This document shows, in pieces, positions 57,426 through 64,000 of a stretch of 64,000 nucleotides of DNA; position 1 is the stretch's first letter, and each line of letters begins with the position of its first letter. The notes under the pieces are model-generated. The model saw only the letters and a program-made list of their open reading frames with translations, ran no database searches and was not told where the DNA came from. Position numbers and translations under genes: made by a program. Source of the DNA: the human T2T-CHM13v2.0 reference genome, Homo sapiens. Where the stretch lies: assembly GCF_009914755.1 (NCBI RefSeq), contig NC_060925.1. One strand, 5' to 3'.

Positions 57426-60400
57426 ATCCCAGCTCATAGAACTGTGGGTATGTTCTTTTGTTGAGCACCAATTTTTGCCCCAGTCTAAAGTTCTCTGTAT
57501 TTTTATGTCTGACTCTTAACTCTCTGCCCTGAATCCCCTATAAACAAACACTTGCTTATGGAGCAAATTAAACTATGCTTCTTTATTTATTTGATATCCT
57601 AATCAATATCTTTTATTGAGTATAACTCTCCACTCATATCAGATCAGGGGACTGGGTGATAAAGCTGACCTGGTTGCCGACCTCAGGTGCTGACAGGTCA
57701 GTAAAGGGGACAACACACAGAGATACACAAGGTCACAGCTCAGTCACCCAGAAGTGAGAATGTGGTTGTGGACTGACGGACTTTGTAAGAGTCGGGGTAT
57801 TTGCAGGAAGCACATGGAACACCCAGAATGGGTATGTTTAATGAAGACATTATTTACAGGTATGGTCAAGGTGTAGGGAAACCACACAGTGTATCACCAA
57901 AGGGCTCACAAGAGCAGAGGCTGTCAACCCCAGGCTGCAGGAGTGTGGGGAAGGAATGGTGAAAGTGGGAGCTATGAGGAGGGCGCTGCTGTGGCCTAAG
58001 GTGGAGGGGCATACCCAGCTCACAGCAATCATACAGGGAAGGACAGGGGGCAAGTAAGAGGCCTCACTCTCCTCCCTCTCTCCCTCCGTCTGATCTCTGG
58101 CCAGGTTTCCCCCACTAGCTGAATCCTCCCAGAAGCTAAGAACAAGGGAACCTGTTGCTGCAGCCCATAGACGTCAGCCTCCTAGGGCGTAGAAATGGGT
58201 AGAGGGTGGAGAGCCATCTGAGGAGCCATGTGGGGTCAGGGCTGACTTCATAGGGGAAATGATTTGGAAACTGCTTGTGTTTTCCTTATCATTCAGTTCT
58301 AAATAGTTCATAAATTTCAGTGTAATTTCCTCTTTAACTCTTGAATGATTTCAAAGTATGTTTTTCAGTTTCTCAGCCTATGGGAGGTTTATGTTTTTCT
58401 TGTTGAGTTCTAATTATATTGCATTGTGGTCAGAGATCATGGTCTGGAAGATTCTTCAGAATTTGATGTGACTTCCTCTGCAGAGGCTTTGTGCAGGGTC
58501 ATTTTCTGGACCTCTGAGCTGGGTTTTACAGGATAGGCAGGAGTTTTTCTGGTGAAGAGTGAACAGCACAGAACCTTACACTGTGGGAAATAGAGATGAT
58601 CCATTTTGAAGGAACATCAGAAATTCCCAGCTCATCCTCAGAGTCCCTGGGTGTCTGTGGGATGGGAGGCAGGTGGAAGGGTTGGGGGAAGCGAGAGAGC
58701 CCAGATCTCTCAACTACCTGTACCCTCTTCCTGCCCTTCTCAGTCTTGGTTAGAGAGACTAGTTCTTCTAGGAGGCTCTGCTGGGGCTGAAAAGACCCAG
58801 ACCTTGGAGAACAGTGTCCTGGCTTTACCGTAATTTAGCTGTGTGGCCTTGGGATGGTTCTGCCCTCTCTGATGAGACACTGTAACCCTCCAGCACTGGA
58901 GACCTACACAAGATGGGCTCTGTTCCCTGCCACTGTGTCTTGAGTATGATAAATGGCTCCAGAAGACTTCAAACAAGGCTCATCTCTGAAGCTTGGCGTG
59001 AGCCAGTGAGGACCTAGGAGAGGACGTGCCCTTTTCCACTACTCAGCCTGGGCACATGCCCCCCTCGCAGTGGGAACTCTGAGTGGCAGCAGGGTGGTGT
59101 CTACCTGCTGTGTGCCTTTGGGAAAGCCCTTGCCCCTCTCTGGGCCTTAGTTTCTACACCTCTACCATGAAAGCATCTTCTAGCCATACGAAGTACCACT
59201 CCAAGTACCTTATCAGAACCAGCTTCCTGTGCCTTCCCGCTGTAGGCCTGTATCCAGTGACTCTACTGATACAGAGTGGCCACTTCCTGGGGACTCCCCA
59301 GCCCTTCCTATGCCAAGAAAGCTCCCCCACTCCCACCCTGCCCCCCAGAATAAGATACTGCACCCTCAGTTCACCTTACCAGATGTCTGGCAGCTACTAT
59401 AGCCTGATAGGGCCCACCCTCTACTCACTCTCTCCCAAGAAAGAGTTTCCATTTCAGCTTCTGCCCCTCCCTGCCCAGGAGGCAGGATCATCCGTCCTGG
59501 ATTTTCCATCCTGGCCCATTGAGGAGAATGCCATGGGCACCCTTACGGCAGTCAGAGGAATTGAGGTTAAACTTCCTTTCACTTGAAGAAGACAAGGTTC
59601 AAGGGAAGATGGCAGGGGAAGACAAGGTTGACAAGGACATGCACTAAAATTCTGTGTGACCATGGACAAGGCACTTGTTCTCTGAGCCTATTTCACCTTC
59701 TCTAAAGTAAAGACAACAACAACAACATCTGCCCCACAGAAGAGCTGAGAGAATCAAATGTGATAGCACTTGTAAACAGTAGAAGGCTGTGGTCAGTCTG
59801 TTTCAGGGGTACTGCCTTCAAACACCCAGCAGGTGTTTGTGTGGAAGAGGGACTGAGCTTGTTCCAGGGTCCTGGAGAGCAGTGGGCAGACACCCAGGAC
59901 AATATGAAGGGGCGCTTGGCACATCAGAGCTGTCCAACCATGCAGCCGGGATGGCTGTGCTGTTCTCTCAAGAGGGAGTGGTGCAAGCAGAAGTTACCAG
60001 TCCCGGGTGACATGGACTTCAGAGGGTTTCAGTCCCTCCAGAGACGGGGAGGGCCGTCTTGCCTCTAAGAACCTCAGGCTCCAGTGTTCTCTGCTCCAAG
60101 CTCCTCCTCCTTCCCAGCCATCTCCCCTTAAGGTAGAGGCATTCCTCTCATCTCTTCCATCTTGGGAAGGAGACCTCTGGAGGCTGGGTGGAAGCCTAGT
60201 GTGTATAAGTGCCTGAAGACAATTTCACAGCCCTCAGACCTCACCCTCAACATGGCCCCAGTAGGCATTGTCCCCTCCAACCACTTGGGTTAGTTCCCAG
60301 CCTGGGGTGCCCCACGAGTGGAGGTGATAGTTGTGGGGGAGGGGTGGTTTCACCAGTGTTCCAGGCTCAGCTTTCCATGGAACCCACTATGAAGGCTGCC

Positions 60401-60692
60401 CAGGAAATTCTGTCCAACCTAGCCCCTTCTCTGCTGCTGGGGTGCCTCCATGTCAGCCTCTGGGGCTGCCGCCTGGAGCAACCCCCACTTAGTTCAAAGC
60501 TCTTCTATAGAAAGCCCTCAGATTGCCCCAGTCTGGATGCACCCTCCTCCTTCCTCCACAGCACAGCATCCTTTCTCCAAGTGTGTTCAGTAACACCTGC
60601 CTCCCTGCCTCAGAGTTGCCAGCAGGGATGGGGGTTTCTTATGGTCCCCAGAGAGCTGGGTGTTATCTTTTAGCAATAATGGTAGTAAATTA

Positions 60693-60980
60693 TGGCTGGG
60701 CGCAGTGACTCATGCCTGTAATCCCAGCACTTTGGGAGGCCAAGGCGGGCGAATCATAAGAGGTCAGGAGTTTGAGACCAGCTTGGCCAACATGGCAAAA
60801 CCCTGCCTCTACTAAAAACACAAAAATTAGCCGGGCATGGTGGCTTGCACCTGTAATACCAGCTACTCAGGAGGCTGAAGCAGGAGAATCGCTTGAACCC
60901 AGGAGGCAGATGTTGCAGTGAGCCGAGATCCAGCTTGAGTGATACAGCGAGACTCTGTCTCAAAAAGAAAAAAAATAAAA
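60693..60980 (+). mobile_element. AluS with internal deletion
   Basis: TSD AATAATGGTAGTAAATTAT. Confidence 0.92.
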
Positions 60981-62086
60981 TAATGGTAGTAAATTATGAT
61001 TTCAACTATTATGGTGGTGTGAAAACACATCAATTTCTTCTATTTGTTCATTCATTCTTACATTCCACAAGTATTTACTGAGGGCCCGTTAGATGTCAGG
61101 CACTGTGTTGGCCAGTTGCAGACCTTCCCCTTGCTTTGTGGGTGGTGACAAAGGCCTCGGTCTTCTAAGGAACTTCCACTGGGCCCACGAGTCCCACTGG
61201 CTACAAAGGAATATTATTGAACAACAGGTCAGGGAGGAGTGGCTTGTAAAAGGGAAAGGTTCTTGGATATCATTTAGTCTAATCTCCTCGAAGTATGTGG
61301 AAAACTGAGACATAGGGAGAGGAAGAGATCAGCCCAATGATGAATCATGACAATAAAAACCATTCAGTGAACCTTACGTATGCCTCTCCCTGAGAGGCAT
61401 ATTCTCATTTCTTCTTCTCAGCAACCCTGGGAGAGAGGGAGGTTTATCTTTCTAGAGCTTTTAAGTTGTTCTTCCCTTCAGAGAGGGACGGAGGGGCTGG
61501 AAAGAAAGTTCCACTAAGTAGAGAGAAGGGATTGGCCGTGTTTAGATGACGTTCCAAACTCTACACTGCAGCTCTCTTTGGGTCCCATCTTGGCTTCATG
61601 TCCAGGAGATGGGAGAGCTGTGTCTGCTGCAGCGGGAAGCAGCAATTCAGTGGGTGGAGTCCACTTCTTATTGGAGACTCATGCTGCACCCCGTAGAGTC
61701 TGGATTCCACACAAGTACAGCTTGTGACTTCCTGCAGAATGTCATCAAATTGCATTTGGGGCCTTTTCAAGAAGTAGCTGTAGGAGCTCCGCTTTGCCTA
61801 AGGCTAAGCAGACTAAGGGTATGCTCTTGGCTTTCCCAGGAAGTTTTCCTAAATTACACCAGCTGCCTGGAACCAACCCTCCTCAGGGGGGAGCCCTTGA
61901 CACAAAAAGTTCTCAGTGGTTTGCAGATGCACTCCTTGGTTAAGCCCATGGAGGTTGTGTCTTCCCTTTTGGACTATAAGCCCTTAGAATTGGGTTTTTA
62001 TTTATTTTGCCTCCTCCCATGTTACCTTGTAGCAGCAACTGACAGTTGTAAGGAATGTTCTGGTTTACAAAGTGCTTTTACTACTC

Positions 62087-62371
62087 TTTTTTTTTTTGAG
62101 ATGGAGTCTCGCTCTGTCACCTAGGCTGGAGTACAATGGCGTGATCTCGGCTTACTGCAACCTCCGCCTCCCAGGTTCAAGTGATTCTCCTTCCTCAGCC
62201 TCCTGAGTAGCTGGGATTACAGGCACACACCATCACGCCCAGCTAATTTTTGTAGAGACAGGGTTTCGCCATTGTTGGCCAGGCTGGTCTTGAACTCCTG
62301 ACCTCAGGTGATCTTTCCGCCTCAGCCTCCCAAAGTGCTGGGATTACATGCGTGAGCCACCGTGCCCGGCC
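62087..62371 (-). mobile_element. AluSx
   Basis: Reverse Alu, CTACTCT on both flanks. Confidence 0.92.
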
Positions 62372-62475
62372 TACTCTGGTCATTTTTGAGCCCTGTAACA
62401 ACCTTGGAATGTGAGTATTGGCTCCAAAAGGTGAAATGACTTGGCCAAGAAGCACAGCTTGAAATGGCAGAGCAG

Positions 62476-62763
62476 GGCCGGGTGGGGTGGCTCATGCCTG
62501 TAATCCTAGCACTTTGGGAGGCTGAGGTGGCAGATTGCTTGAGCTCAGGAGTTAGAGACCAGCCTGGGCAACATGGCAAAACCCCATCTCTACTAAGAAA
62601 ATACAAAAATTAGCCAGGTGCGGTGGTGCATGCCCATGGTCTCAGCTATTCAGGAGGCTGAGGCAGGAGGATTGTTTGAGCCTGGGAGGCGGAGGTTGCA
62701 GTGAGCCAAGACTGTTCCAAAGCACTCTAGCCTAGGTGACAGAACAAGACTTTTGTCTTTAAA

Positions 62764-62765
<2 letters not shown>
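62476..62765 (+). mobile_element. AluJ/S
   Basis: Alu consensus. Confidence 0.9.

Positions 62766-62815
<50 letters not shown>
62764..62815 (+). repeat. (AAGC)13 tetranucleotide microsatellite in an Alu tail
   Basis: Perfect repeat read directly. Confidence 0.95.
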
Positions 62816-62817
<2 letters not shown>

Positions 62818-64000
62818 AGCTGAGACTCAAAAACAGGTCTCCCAGCTCCAGTCACAGGGTCTATCCTTCTGCCTGACACTGCCTGAGCACTTAGCAAATA
62901 TACTGTTAGTAAGTTAGGCAAAGAACAAGTCAGTTTGAATTGGGGCTAGACACTTTCTAAAAAATGCTCTCCTGGGAAAGTAGATGATAATGAAGACATC
63001 TGTGCCTGGATCCATGTTAAAGCAATTGGCAGCATTAAGTACATTGACCATCCTCAGTAACCTTGACACCACCTTAGACTTCTCACTCACTCTTTTGATA
63101 CCCTTGCAAAATCTGCTGGGGCAGGTCATATTCCACACATTCTACAGATAGCACCCAAGGGAGGAAGTCATTTAGTGTGAGCTGAGAGTTGAAAAAGAGA
63201 TAAGAAGGAGGCCAAGTACAGACAGAAGAAAGGGGTTTAGGAAACAGAAGGCTGTCTGAAGGTCACTCGGCTTCTAGAGTGCAGAGTTGCCTGCCTCTGG
63301 GAAGAGGGCATGAGGTAGACCATCACTGAGAGACCCAAGCTTCCCTGACCTTGAGAACAATTCCCTCTCCACAGGGGTGCCCAGAGGACACAGTGCAAGC
63401 TGCTGGCTCTGAGACAAACTGAGAAGGGTGAGAAAGTTCCAGCAATCAATCCCAGCTCCAATGGGGTGTGAGTTTCCCAACTGAGCTCTGTAGTTGAGTT
63501 CCCATCAATCCCTCATTCCCCTCAACCCCCCTCCCCTGCCACTGCTGCCTGCCTGGCTTTCCATATATCATCCCCCTCTGCTCACTCACCACAGGCGAGT
63601 ACAAAATGCACGCAGGATGGATGGAGAGCTTCAGTCTGTGCAGGCAACACACAATTCTCTATGCAGCTGCAGGGGCCAGGCACAGATAATCCAGCGCAAC
63701 AGATAATCCAGCATTTGTTTCCAGGGGTCATGAGCCAGGGAAATTCTCAGCTTTCAACATCAAACAAGGAAAACATCTGAAGTCCAGGCATCTGGGAAGG
63801 CTTTCCTCTCTTGCCCCATAGAGGTCTTATCTAATGGCATGCTGGGAACAGCTAGTCTCATCCAAGGAATCTTTACTAGAGGCAGACAATAATAAAAATC
63901 CTTGTCTTTTTCAGATATTTTTCAGTTGGGTTGCCTTGGACTGAAGTGCAAAGAAAATTTGGAACAAAGAGATAGAAGGAATGCTGCTACTGATACCCTG

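Noticed and set aside
57800-58230. Possible old ERVL/MaLR LTR (also ~63265-63720)
   Set aside because: Resemblance too weak to name a family without RepeatMasker
61546-62124. 192-aa + strand ORF
   Set aside because: No recognisable domain, no promoter or splice support, ends inside an Alu; chance ORF unless Ribo-seq says otherwise
63682-63712. ACAGATAATCCAGC twice; similar short doublets at ~54813-54850 and ~28546-28610
   Set aside because: Simple slippage duplications, two copies only; not a CRISPR-like or functional array

Overview
Human (primate) genomic DNA, recognisable as the MOB3C-MKNK1 locus (chr1p33, from recall, not checked). Both genes are on the minus strand in tandem. MOB3C is complete: non-coding exon 1 in a CpG island at ~55.9-56.2 kb, three coding exons (216 aa) and a ~1.9 kb 3'UTR. 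MKNK1 (MNK1 kinase) starts ~3.4 kb after the MOB3C poly(A) signal. Its exons 1-12 are present, including a 123-nt exonised Alu, and its last exons lie left of base 1. All coding exons were placed by GT/AG and phase continuity. A spliced, polyadenylated antisense RNA (MKNK1-AS1-like) probably ends at ~9.5 kb. The rest is intronic or intergenic: ~30 Alus, MIR, L2, L1, hAT MER elements and several local duplications. I see no foreign insert, CRISPR, tRNA/rRNA or convincing new protein gene. The best hypotheses, all untested: (1) a cytokine-type MOB3C promoter (GAS, kB and IRF sites) reading through into MKNK1, with exon phases that allow an in-frame MOB3C-MNK1 fusion; (2) an inverted Alu pair controlling the Alu exon inside the kinase domain; (3) a 22-nt motif repeated in two MKNK1 introns at candidate poison-exon donors; (4) uORF and start-stop elements in both 5'UTRs.
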